Assembly (NCBI GenBank): GCA_964623045.1
Contig: CAZUUD010000002.1
Coordinates: 1-32,704, forward strand
DNA length: 32,704 bases
Reading direction: 5' to 3'
Source: an uncultured archaeon
Lineage (GTDB): Archaea; Aenigmatarchaeota; Aenigmatarchaeia; GW2011-AR5; JAHLMP01
Position numbers and translations under genes: made by a program. The notes beneath the pieces are model-generated. The model was not told where the DNA came from. It saw only the letters and a list, made by a program, of their open reading frames with translations, and made no database searches. Shown here in pieces: positions 24,274 through 31,923 of this stretch (the first letter of the stretch is position 1; each line of letters starts with the position of its first letter).

Positions 24274-24426
24274 TCATGCTAAACTCATGAGTCCCTTCAG
24301 GAGAAGGACTGCCGCGAGAATTAGGTTGAGAAAGGGAAGTGGAGAAGCGTCTCGAGTGTAGATGAGAATCAAAGCAGCAGTTACGTCGACTATCCCAAGT
24401 ATTCTGAAGACTATGGATCCCTTCAT
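24274..24426 (-). CDS. 50-aa two-TM membrane micro-protein (below the ORF-track size cutoff)
   Basis: My own translation: [50 protein letters not shown]. Its ATG overlaps the rpl44e TGA (ATGA), and it has two hydrophobic helices. I recognise no family. Confidence 0.4.
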   Translation of the reverse strand: MKGSIVFRILGIVDVTAALILIYTRDASPLPFLNLILAAVLLLKGLMSLA

Positions 24427-24701
24427 TTAAACTCGACCTTCTTGATTCTTACTCCTTTCCCTATAATCTGGGCTTTTCCACATTCTTGACAGATGTACCT
24501 GAGATCTATCTTCTTCGTTGGTTTTTCTCTACCTTTGGGGTTTGGTTTTGGAAAACTTCCATAACCTTTTAGCTTCCTCAGGAAGCTCCTCTGACCCTTA
24601 GCGAGTTTTCGTCTAGCCTTACGCTTCACGACTTCGACCTTATGTATAGTATATTTTCTACATCGTCTACAATACCTACGTTGTTGTTTGGGTATCTTCA
24701 T
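24423..24701 (-). CDS. rpl44e: 50S ribosomal protein L44e (eL42)
   Basis: [22 protein letters not shown]...KGQRSF...GYGSFPKP...YICQECGKA with the 4-Cys zinc ribbon. ATGA overlap with the gins stop. Confidence 0.93.
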   Translation of the reverse strand: MKIPKQQRRYCRRCRKYTIHKVEVVKRKARRKLAKGQRSFLRKLKGYGSFPKPNPKGREKPTKKIDLRYICQECGKAQIIGKGVRIKKVEFK

Positions 24702-25180
24702 CTAATCACCTTACAACACTCGTGCCTTAGAAGGAACTCTTTTAAATCCTCTGGTAGAGCTTCCAGTACTTCTCCTCGCTTCAATTCGTAGACCTTTAGG
24801 TCCCTCCAAACGAATGGCTTAAGCTCTCGTGTGATCAAAATTTTCTCCTTTTTCTCTTCTTTGGGTTCTTCCTTGATCGGTTGAAAGGACAAGGATAAGA
24901 ACTGTTTTACGATTTCACTCATTCGTCTGAAGATCTCCCTTTCCTCTGGAGAAAGATTCTTAGGCTCAATCCCTGCCCGGAGACAACTAGGAAGAAGTAT
25001 CAGGATCTTTCTCAATCTTCGCTCTATTAAGTCAAGTGCCATATTCTTTGAGATCTCGTCTTCCTTTTTTGCATCTAAGTATTCCTTAAGATCTTCGTAG
25101 AATTTAGGAGGTAGTGTTTGAAGTTGCTTTTCCTCTTTTTCCTTAATTTGAAGCTCACGAATTAGCTCGAAAGTTAGCAT
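24698..25180 (-). CDS. gins51: GINS subunit, Gins51 (Gins15) type
   Basis: 160 aa. N-terminal A-domain pattern ([34 protein letters not shown]) and C-terminal B-domain pattern ([41 protein letters not shown]). It lies directly downstream of the primase, a known conserved archaeal linkage. Confidence 0.7.
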   Translation of the reverse strand: MLTFELIRELQIKEKEEKQLQTLPPKFYEDLKEYLDAKKEDEISKNMALDLIERRLRKILILLPSCLRAGIEPKNLSPEEREIFRRMSEIVKQFLSLSFQPIKEEPKEEKKEKILITRELKPFVWRDLKVYELKRGEVLEALPEDLKEFLLRHECCKVIR

Positions 25181-25202
25181 GTATTACCTTCGGGTTAATT
25201 TT

Positions 25203-26585
25203 TTAGTCTATTACCTTTTCTCCGTGGACTCTTACCTGATGTAGCTTCAATGCACGAAGAGATTTGAAGCTCTTCTTGCAACGTCTGCAGTAGAATTTCG
25301 GTTTCTCCCTTCTTTTTCGTCTTATCCTCTGTAAGCCATATCGTTTGAAAGGATATGCAACCGGATTACGAATGAGTTTGCAAGTATCGTCTGGTTGACA
25401 AATTCCTATGCTTTTGTAAAAGAGATCACTATCGCAATTAGCAGGTAGTAAGTTTCTGGTAGCCTGGGCTTTATTCCAATTCAATTGGGAAGTGAGAAAA
25501 CTCCTCGAAAGCGGCCTTTCGTTCCTTTCGTTCCACTCGAAGAGCTTACTCTCTATCTCATCCCAATCGTAGCCCATAACTCTGAGGAAATTTATTAAAG
25601 TAAATGTACTTCGCTTCCTTCCATCACTCAACCCTTTTAGTATGTTCTTTATGCAAGGTGGGAAGAACTCCTCCGGAACCTTAAATTCCGCTGTTAGCAA
25701 TTTTCGTTTGGGTGCTCTCTTTTTTCTTGGTTTTTCTATGAACTTAGCATACCAATCCAAGGCCTCTCTTAGAAGAGCTGCTGCCTCTTCTGACTCTGCA
25801 GTAGGAATAAATTTCTCTCTAACTTTGACTCTAGTTATCCTCGCTTCAGATAACTTGAAGTCGGTCACATCGCGCAGTGGTATGGAGACTAACCAACTCT
25901 TCTCGTTAAGAGAGTAGGGCGCCCTGAATAGGTGTCTTTCGCCCCAACTTCGCTCCACTTCCACGAAGAAGAACGGATCCAAAGTCCCTTCTTCCAGTCC
26001 CTCGAAGAGCTCTTTTGCTGAATAGAGTTTAACCAACTTCCTCATCAGTTCCTCCCTTATCTCTTCACAAAGAAAAGTAATGATAGCATTCGGCACTTTA
26101 GGATATTGAAGTGCAAGTGGTTTGTAATTCACTTCAGTTGGAAATGCTTCCCAAGGAATCACGAGGTGAAATCCTCTCGAGCCCGAGAATTTCAAGCCCA
26201 CGTTTCTTATACCGAATTCCTTCAGTTTCTTCTTAAGTAATTGTACCACAAGCTTCGCTGCATCTAACCCTATCTTCGAATCTATATCGATAACCAAATC
26301 GAAGCCTATTCTAAGAGAATTGTAGTTCCTTCTCTCAGTAGAGAGTGCCATAGGATTGTTCCAGCGTTCTACTGAGCAATGGAAACTCGTTGCACCTTTT
26401 CTAACTAGCGCAATTATATCGCCTCTGAATTGAATTATGTTCGGCCTAGATAAATAACCTTCCTTCGTTGCTCCAACAAATTCGCGATTGTTGGCTATCT
26501 CAAGTAAGGCTTGAGAGATATCTTCTCTCGCATAGTATCTGAGGATTTCCATCTTCGATGGGGGGACAGGGGAGATAAGTTCCAT
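25203..26585 (-). CDS. priS: Single-chain archaeo-eukaryotic primase: PriS catalytic domain + PriL-CTD-like Fe-S domain + C-terminal C2H2 zinc finger
   Basis: AEP motifs FDLVIDIDS, SGSRGFHLVIPW and RAPYSLNEKS. These are followed by FPPCIKNILKGL...ANCDSD...GICQPDDTCKLIRNPVAYP (four Cys, PriL C-terminal domain pattern). The chain ends in YCRRCKKSFKSLRALKLHQVRVH (C-x2-C-x12-H-x4-H). Confidence 0.85.
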   Translation of the reverse strand: MELISPVPPSKMEILRYYAREDISQALLEIANNREFVGATKEGYLSRPNIIQFRGDIIALVRKGATSFHCSVERWNNPMALSTERRNYNSLRIGFDLVIDIDSKIGLDAAKLVVQLLKKKLKEFGIRNVGLKFSGSRGFHLVIPWEAFPTEVNYKPLALQYPKVPNAIITFLCEEIREELMRKLVKLYSAKELFEGLEEGTLDPFFFVEVERSWGERHLFRAPYSLNEKSWLVSIPLRDVTDFKLSEARITRVKVREKFIPTAESEEAAALLREALDWYAKFIEKPRKKRAPKRKLLTAEFKVPEEFFPPCIKNILKGLSDGRKRSTFTLINFLRVMGYDWDEIESKLFEWNERNERPLSRSFLTSQLNWNKAQATRNLLPANCDSDLFYKSIGICQPDDTCKLIRNPVAYPFKRYGLQRIRRKRREKPKFYCRRCKKSFKSLRALKLHQVRVHGEKVID

Positions 26586-26598
26586 GGGATAGAAATGT

Positions 26599-26613
26599 CT
26601 CTAAAACTTTAAT
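26599..26613. promoter_or_regulatory. Compact divergent promoter (overlapping TATA-like boxes) in a 42-nt spacer
   Basis: ctctaaaactttaat lies about 15-27 nt from both the primase ATG (26585, minus) and the ATG at 26628 (plus). This implies leaderless transcripts in both directions. Confidence 0.35.
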
Positions 26614-26627
26614 CGAGAGAGCTTTCT

Positions 26628-26858
26628 ATGAGCGAACTCTTATTGCAAATGGGGCTTGTCTTCATCTTACTCGGAATATTACTCACGATACTAGCTCTAG
26701 TATTAGGAGTTCTCAAGGGCAAATATAAGGTAGAATGGGGAATTGGAGGATTCATAGGACCCATTCCATTTGGCTTCGCTTCTTGTAAGGAGGTTCTCTT
26801 GCTGGTTCTTGGCATCTCTTTGTTAGTTCTAATCTTATTTTTCTTCTGTTTTAGTTAA
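26628..26858 (+). CDS. Small membrane protein, DUF131/TIGR00304-like
   Basis: 76 aa. Two hydrophobic helices flank KVEWGIGGFIGPIPFGF, which resembles the GG-x-IGPIP hallmark of that archaeal family (from memory). The opposite-strand ORF 26609-26815 looks like a shadow. Confidence 0.6.
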   Translation: MSELLLQMGLVFILLGILLTILALVLGVLKGKYKVEWGIGGFIGPIPFGFASCKEVLLLVLGISLLVLILFFFCFS

Positions 26859-26875
26859 CAAAAATAATCATCATT

Positions 26876-27553
26876 ATGGGATTGAACTTGGCTTTAGGTA
26901 AAGACGATAGCTTCTTAGTCAAGACTAAAATAGGGAGACGAATTAGGGTAGGCAAGAAGGAGTACGTCGTTGTCGAAGCGACTGTGGTGGATAAACTGAA
27001 GAATGTGAGAAGACTTCCCCAAGTAGTTCTACCAAAAGACGCTGCACTCATAGTTGCTTACACCGGCCTAGCTCCTGGATGGAAGGTTCTAGATGTAGGA
27101 ACTGGTTCTGCATTCCTAGCGATCTTCCTCGCAAATCTCGTACGTCCAGGTAAGGTATTGAGTTATGAGAAGCGAAAGGATTTTGCAGAACACGCAAAGG
27201 AAGAGGTCAAGAGGCTAGGGATAGATAACCTCCGAATAGTTAATAAGGACATCTTTCAAAGTAGAGTTCGAGGGAAGTTCGATCTCATAACACTGGACCT
27301 GAAAGGTGCTGAAAATGCTATTAGACATCTACATCGAAATCTCAAGCTTGGCAGATTCTTTGCAATTTATTCGCCCCACTTAGAACAAGTAAAAGCAGTT
27401 CGCAAAGTTCTAGAAGAACTAAAGTACGTCGAAATAAAGACAGTCGAAAATATCGTTAGAGAATGGAAGGTAACAGAAAATTACACCCATCCTCATCCGA
27501 GTGGAATACTCCATACAGGATTCATTACAATCGCTAGAAAGTATGAGGACTAA
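26876..27553 (+). CDS. trmI: tRNA (adenine57/58-N1)-methyltransferase TrmI (Gcd14 family)
   Basis: Q-x-V/I-x-PKDAA pattern (QVVLPKDAALIV), SAM motif VLDVGTGSAFLAIFLA, DLITLDL and a C-terminal HTGFITIARK, all typical of TrmI. Confidence 0.85.
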   Translation: MGLNLALGKDDSFLVKTKIGRRIRVGKKEYVVVEATVVDKLKNVRRLPQVVLPKDAALIVAYTGLAPGWKVLDVGTGSAFLAIFLANLVRPGKVLSYEKRKDFAEHAKEEVKRLGIDNLRIVNKDIFQSRVRGKFDLITLDLKGAENAIRHLHRNLKLGRFFAIYSPHLEQVKAVRKVLEELKYVEIKTVENIVREWKVTENYTHPHPSGILHTGFITIARKYED

Positions 27554-27792
27554 CTCTTTCTAAGTTCTTCTAACTTCGAGACCAGATTCCAAATCTTAGT
27601 TCTCGCATAAACCGGTAGATTAGGGTCTATTGAAACTTCATCTAGGATAGAAATTGCCGTTGCTACCCTGACATTAAGCTCTTGTTCTTCATTGAGCAAT
27701 GCTGTTTTCGCTTCAGAGATTTTGCTCTTCACATTACGTGGAACCCCTCTATCTTCCACGAGTTCGTCCATGAGTCTCAATATCTCTTCCAT
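27550..27792 (-). CDS. UPF0147-family small helical protein
   Basis: MEEILRLMDELVEDRGVPRNVKSKISEAKTAL...AISILDEVSIDPNLPVYARTKIWNLVSKLE matches the UPF0147 pattern (IPRNVR...DPN-P...RT-IW). The ATG at 27792 has a GGTGA SD 5 nt upstream. The ORF-track start at 27834 would overlap pus10. Confidence 0.75.
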   Translation of the reverse strand: MEEILRLMDELVEDRGVPRNVKSKISEAKTALLNEEQELNVRVATAISILDEVSIDPNLPVYARTKIWNLVSKLEELRKS

Positions 27793-27808
27793 TCTAATCA
27801 CCTGAGAA

Positions 27809-29089
27809 CTATGACTTTTTCTTATCTGATCCAAAACCTTTTATTGGCTTTTTGTGAATAGCTATTACATCTAACTCTTCGACTTCGCACTCGCAACCCA
27901 AAATTTCTGCGACACTTGGTTTGGTCCTTCCATTATCTCCTGTGACGAGCTCCCTAACGTAAAGTCCAGGATCCGTAGTAACTCTTAGTTCGATTCGTTT
28001 CTTTCCGATTAATCGTGCTTTCAATCTATACACTCTTCTCCTCCTCACCAAGTCGCTTCTCCTTCGAAGGACCCTCGTCGGCGTCCTCTGAGAGATAATC
28101 GTCACTAACTTCCTAAGCTTATTGATATCGTCATCTGTCAGGAACTTCTCGCATTTGATGAGAACCCTATAGCTCTTAGGATACTTAGCCTCTTTGATCC
28201 GCTCTACCATAGAGCTATCGACGAATCTTAATTTTCTTACTTTCACGAAACTGCTTCTATTTATTAGCTCTTCCATCCGTTTCAGATCGATCTTCCTTAC
28301 TCTCGGTTCTTTCACTTCGAGCACAAATGGTCTCCAACCTAAGCATCTTGCAGTTATATCCTCTCTACCAGCTCCATGAAACGACGCCTTCTTTCCTTTT
28401 GTCGCCTTCAAGATAGGTTTCTCTATTAATTCTTGTACGCTCGTTCTATAGATCTTTCGCTTCCACTTAGTCTGCGGTATTCCACGCTTTAATTTTTGGT
28501 ACTCACCATAGATGAAAAGAGAATTCACCTTGACTTCGATCTCCCTAGTTTCGAGATCGAAGATCAGAACTATTTCTGGCCTCTTGTGATCTACGGTTAT
28601 TTTCCTTCCCTCTGCCTTCAGAGCTGATTCCAATCTTTTTCCTATCTCTCTGTTGAGCTCGGCTTTCAGAGGTTCACAATACTCTATTCCTATCTTTTCC
28701 CACAGCTCTTCTTCCCTCTCTATCAACCTTGGAGGCGGCCTTGTACCAACGAGAAATCTCTCGAACTCATAGTTTCTTAATAGTTTCAACGCCTTCTTTA
28801 CAAGCGAATTGAGTTTATCGAAGATATCTTCACAAAGGAAGCATTTGATACTTTTAGCTTCCTTTGGAATTTTCACCCATCTCAGTTTCAACCCCCTAAA
28901 GTTCTCCGGAGGTATGCCAAATGTATCTCTCTTTGCATCGGCTAGTATACCTATAGTTCTTCTAAGAGTGGAGCCACGTATCTCGTTAGAAGTACTGGTA
29001 AGTAATTGGGCGAATTGTCTACCGAGGCATCGATCACAGACGTAACCTAGTCTTAGTGTCTCTATCACCTTCCTTATCACTTCCTCCAT
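27809..29089 (-). CDS. pus10: tRNA pseudouridine(54/55) synthase Pus10
   Basis: 426 aa. N-terminal Zn/THUMP-containing region (YVCDRCLGRQFAQL, CFLCEDIF) and a C-terminal pseudouridine-synthase core (FHGAGREDITARCLGWRPFVLEV, RTPTRVLRRR). The ATG lies 13 nt inside the AMMECR1 3' end. Confidence 0.9.
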   Translation of the reverse strand: MEEVIRKVIETLRLGYVCDRCLGRQFAQLLTSTSNEIRGSTLRRTIGILADAKRDTFGIPPENFRGLKLRWVKIPKEAKSIKCFLCEDIFDKLNSLVKKALKLLRNYEFERFLVGTRPPPRLIEREEELWEKIGIEYCEPLKAELNREIGKRLESALKAEGRKITVDHKRPEIVLIFDLETREIEVKVNSLFIYGEYQKLKRGIPQTKWKRKIYRTSVQELIEKPILKATKGKKASFHGAGREDITARCLGWRPFVLEVKEPRVRKIDLKRMEELINRSSFVKVRKLRFVDSSMVERIKEAKYPKSYRVLIKCEKFLTDDDINKLRKLVTIISQRTPTRVLRRRSDLVRRRRVYRLKARLIGKKRIELRVTTDPGLYVRELVTGDNGRTKPSVAEILGCECEVEELDVIAIHKKPIKGFGSDKKKS

Positions 29090-29694
29090 TTTTCCTCACC
29101 TAACTTCACTTCTTCTATTTTGCCCCTAGGTTCTGTTTCTCTCCATGCCTGAACTTCAAAGCGATAGATCTCACATTCTTCATCTTTCCAGTCTTCTGGT
29201 GCAAGACCTGCTTTGAGAGCAAGATGGGTAAAGAAGTCTTCCTTCCTCGGTAATACTTCCCAAACTTGGGGTAGGAATACAGCTCTTCTTCCCCTTAAGG
29301 ACAAGAGTACGCCATGCTTGAACTCCTCTATCTTTTTGAGTTTGGCTAATTGATTTTCTCCTTCGACCCTCTCCAACGGCGTTAAAATAGAAACTTCTAC
29401 GGTAATATGATCCAGCTCTCTAGAAGTAAGGGGTGGAAATCTCGGATCGTAACATGCCTCTATGGCACACTCCACTACTCCTTCCCTCAGTGGCTTTAAA
29501 GGTTCCACATATCCTATACATCCTCTTAACTCTCTCTTGGGATAGGTCTCTAGGGTCACGAAGACACCACGTTTCTCTTCACACCAAGATGGAAAATCTA
29601 CTTTTAGATCTCTATCTAGCAAATGGTGCTCTATAGCATCTCTAGCTACTAGCACTAGGAAGGATCCCTCCTTCAAACTAAGTTTCCTCATCAT
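29077..29694 (-). CDS. AMMECR1-domain protein
   Basis: 205 aa with the hallmark RGVFVTL...LRGCIGY...DPRFPPL...VEVSILTP...GRRAVFLPQVW. Confidence 0.9.
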   Translation of the reverse strand: MMRKLSLKEGSFLVLVARDAIEHHLLDRDLKVDFPSWCEEKRGVFVTLETYPKRELRGCIGYVEPLKPLREGVVECAIEACYDPRFPPLTSRELDHITVEVSILTPLERVEGENQLAKLKKIEEFKHGVLLSLRGRRAVFLPQVWEVLPRKEDFFTHLALKAGLAPEDWKDEECEIYRFEVQAWRETEPRGKIEEVKLGEEKWRK

Positions 29695-29750
29695 TTTTCT
29701 CTTTTCAGAATCGTTTTAATGAGAATCTGCTAAGATCTAAATGAGGTTGT

Positions 29751-30683
29751 ATGACGAGAGTAGAGCTAACATTCCTTGGAACTTCAGCAGGAATACCCAC
29801 ACCTAAACGAAATCATCCCGCGATATACTTTCGCTATATCGGAAGGGAAGAAAGGGTACTCCTCTTCGATTGTGGAGAAGGTACCCAACGCCAACTCTTT
29901 GCAAGCGGAGAGAACTACATGAAAATAGATCATATATTCATAACCCATTGGCATGCAGATCACTACGCAGGATTGTTAGGTATGATAGAAACTATGTCAC
30001 TCGAGAAGCGAAAACGGCCACTCCACATCTATGCACCAGAGGCTAGCAGATTCTTACCCCTCCTCCTTCAAATTGGTTATGGATTACGAAGTTTTGAGGT
30101 AATCTCCCATGATGTGCCCTTCCGAGGTAAAGAACTAACTGAAGTGTTAGAGGAAAAAGAGTTTTCGATTTACTCTATTCCTGTTAAACATGGTGTTCCT
30201 GCAGTGGCCTACTGTTTTCAAGAGAAGGATAGAATTAAGGTTAATAAGAAAGCTGCAAAACGACTTGGTCTCCCTGCACAGGGAAAGATCTACAGAGAGT
30301 TAAAGGAAAAAGGTTCTGTGACTTACAAGGGAAGGAGAATAGATATCTCCGATGTATGTTACGTAGAGAAAGGTAAGAAGATAGTTTACTCCGGGGATAC
30401 TACGATGTGCAATAACCTATTGAAGTTGGCGAAAGATGCCGACTTGTTAATTCTAGACTGCACTTACTTCGACTCCGTAGAAGAGAGAAACCATTTATCG
30501 GTAGAGCAGGCAATAGAACTTGCAGAACGGGCTAACATCAAGAGATTGATCCTAACCCATATCTCCAGAAGATACCAAGACCAAAAAGAGTTAGAAAGTC
30601 GCGTTCGTGAAATCTTGGAAAAGACTGGATTAGAAATTCCCGTGAAAGTAGCAAAGGACTTCATGAAGATAGTGGTGAAATGA
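29751..30683 (+). CDS. rnz: Ribonuclease Z (tRNA 3' endonuclease, metallo-beta-lactamase fold)
   Basis: LTFLGTSAGIPTPKRNHPAI, FDCGEGTQRQL, ITHWHADHYAGL, a flexible-arm region, and C-terminal YSGDT...LILTHISRRY. GAGGT SD 3 nt upstream. Confidence 0.9.
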   Translation: MTRVELTFLGTSAGIPTPKRNHPAIYFRYIGREERVLLFDCGEGTQRQLFASGENYMKIDHIFITHWHADHYAGLLGMIETMSLEKRKRPLHIYAPEASRFLPLLLQIGYGLRSFEVISHDVPFRGKELTEVLEEKEFSIYSIPVKHGVPAVAYCFQEKDRIKVNKKAAKRLGLPAQGKIYRELKEKGSVTYKGRRIDISDVCYVEKGKKIVYSGDTTMCNNLLKLAKDADLLILDCTYFDSVEERNHLSVEQAIELAERANIKRLILTHISRRYQDQKELESRVREILEKTGLEIPVKVAKDFMKIVVK

Positions 30684-30687
30684 TTGT

Positions 30688-30957
30688 TCACGGTTTTACT
30701 AGAAAGATGTTATAGAGTATCGTCCACACCACAAACCACAATAAGATCGCGTTAAACATCCCCTGCTTCATCAGCGTCTTCCACTCGTACTTCTTTCCTT
30801 TTCTCTTCTCTAGTAAAAGTTTAGAGACATAGAGAAGTAAAACTGCTATTGCCAGCCCTGCCTCAGTGGAGTTGGAATACATCGTGACGAGATGGGATAA
30901 AATTCCTAAAAGTACTCCAAAGAGCGCAAAGGAGTAATACAATTTCTTTTCACTCAT
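30688..30957 (-). CDS. Small three-TM membrane protein (hypothetical), translationally coupled to htpX
   Basis: 89 aa. Its ATG overlaps the htpX TGA (ATGA). It has three hydrophobic segments separated by a basic loop (EKRKGKKYEWK). Confidence 0.55.
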   Translation of the reverse strand: MSEKKLYYSFALFGVLLGILSHLVTMYSNSTEAGLAIAVLLLYVSKLLLEKRKGKKYEWKTLMKQGMFNAILLWFVVWTILYNIFLVKP

Positions 30958-31898
30958 GGTCTCTTCATCTCCGATTCAAGCTTTAATAAGGCTTCTATTC
31001 GTTTGTAAGTGAGGGGATGTGTTCTGAAGAATTCCATTATTCGCATGAACGGATTTCGCTTCTCCCACTCCATGGCCCGTTTTATTTCAGATTCATCGAG
31101 ACGAAGGTCTGCATATTCCTGACTTAGTGCAGCTATTTCCTTCTTTGCTGATACCGGATCTGCTATGTAGAAACAGCGAACTGCCTCGTTTCCCTTCTCC
31201 GAGCTAAGACCAAGCCCATAAGTTATTTTCGCTAATGCATTCGCTAGCTTTCTGGGGCTGGTGTTGAGACCTGCGAACCTATCAGCATAGTATTCCCTCA
31301 ACCTTGAGAGGGCGAGTACGAGAAAGTTGCTGACGAAGTATACGATAAATGCTAGTAAACCTACGAGAGCAGCACCACCTTTTTCTCTTTCTCGTGGAGT
31401 GAAGATGAGGAATCTAGCTACGAAGTATGCTATTACTGGAACTGCAGAAGCGAGGGTCATCACTACCATATCTTTGTGTTTTATGTGACCTAGCTCGTGG
31501 GCTATCACTGCTTCTACTTCCTCTCTACTTAGGGTATTCAATAATCCTTGGGTGACTGCTAGAGTTGCAGAAGACGGTGTTCTTCCGAACACAAACGCAT
31601 TAGGCTGACCGGTTCTAACGAGGGCTAGCTTGGGTACTTTGATCTTATGTGCCTTGCAAAGTCTTTCTACCATCTCCCACAGCCAAGGATATTCATCACG
31701 TCTTAGTTCACGCATGTTAGTGGTGAACCATATGACCTTTGGAGAAATCCACCACTGAATTAGTAGGAGCAAGATAGCTATGAAAACTACGAGGTATCCA
31801 GGAGCGCCTACGTAGTATCCTACCGCAGCTAGTACTCCAAACAATAATCCGAACAGAAGAATCAACGTAAAGCTCATTGTCAAAAACAGCCTTAACAT
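30954..31898 (-). CDS. htpX: Zinc metalloprotease HtpX (peptidase M48)
   Basis: N-terminal TM helices, the HELGHIKHKD zinc motif, further TM helices, EYYADRF, and a C-terminal THP motif typical of HtpX. Confidence 0.9.
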   Translation of the reverse strand: MLRLFLTMSFTLILLFGLLFGVLAAVGYYVGAPGYLVVFIAILLLLIQWWISPKVIWFTTNMRELRRDEYPWLWEMVERLCKAHKIKVPKLALVRTGQPNAFVFGRTPSSATLAVTQGLLNTLSREEVEAVIAHELGHIKHKDMVVMTLASAVPVIAYFVARFLIFTPREREKGGAALVGLLAFIVYFVSNFLVLALSRLREYYADRFAGLNTSPRKLANALAKITYGLGLSSEKGNEAVRCFYIADPVSAKKEIAALSQEYADLRLDESEIKRAMEWEKRNPFMRIMEFFRTHPLTYKRIEALLKLESEMKRP

Positions 31899-31923
31899 GA
31901 AGAATCTCTAGGTAAGTCTAGTT

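Noticed and set aside
26609-26815. A 68-aa minus-strand ORF overlapping the 76-aa plus-strand membrane ORF.
   Set aside because: Its Pro/Ser/Thr-rich composition is typical of antisense reading of a hydrophobic gene. The plus-strand product has a family-like GG-x-IGPIP motif and a sensible promoter geometry.
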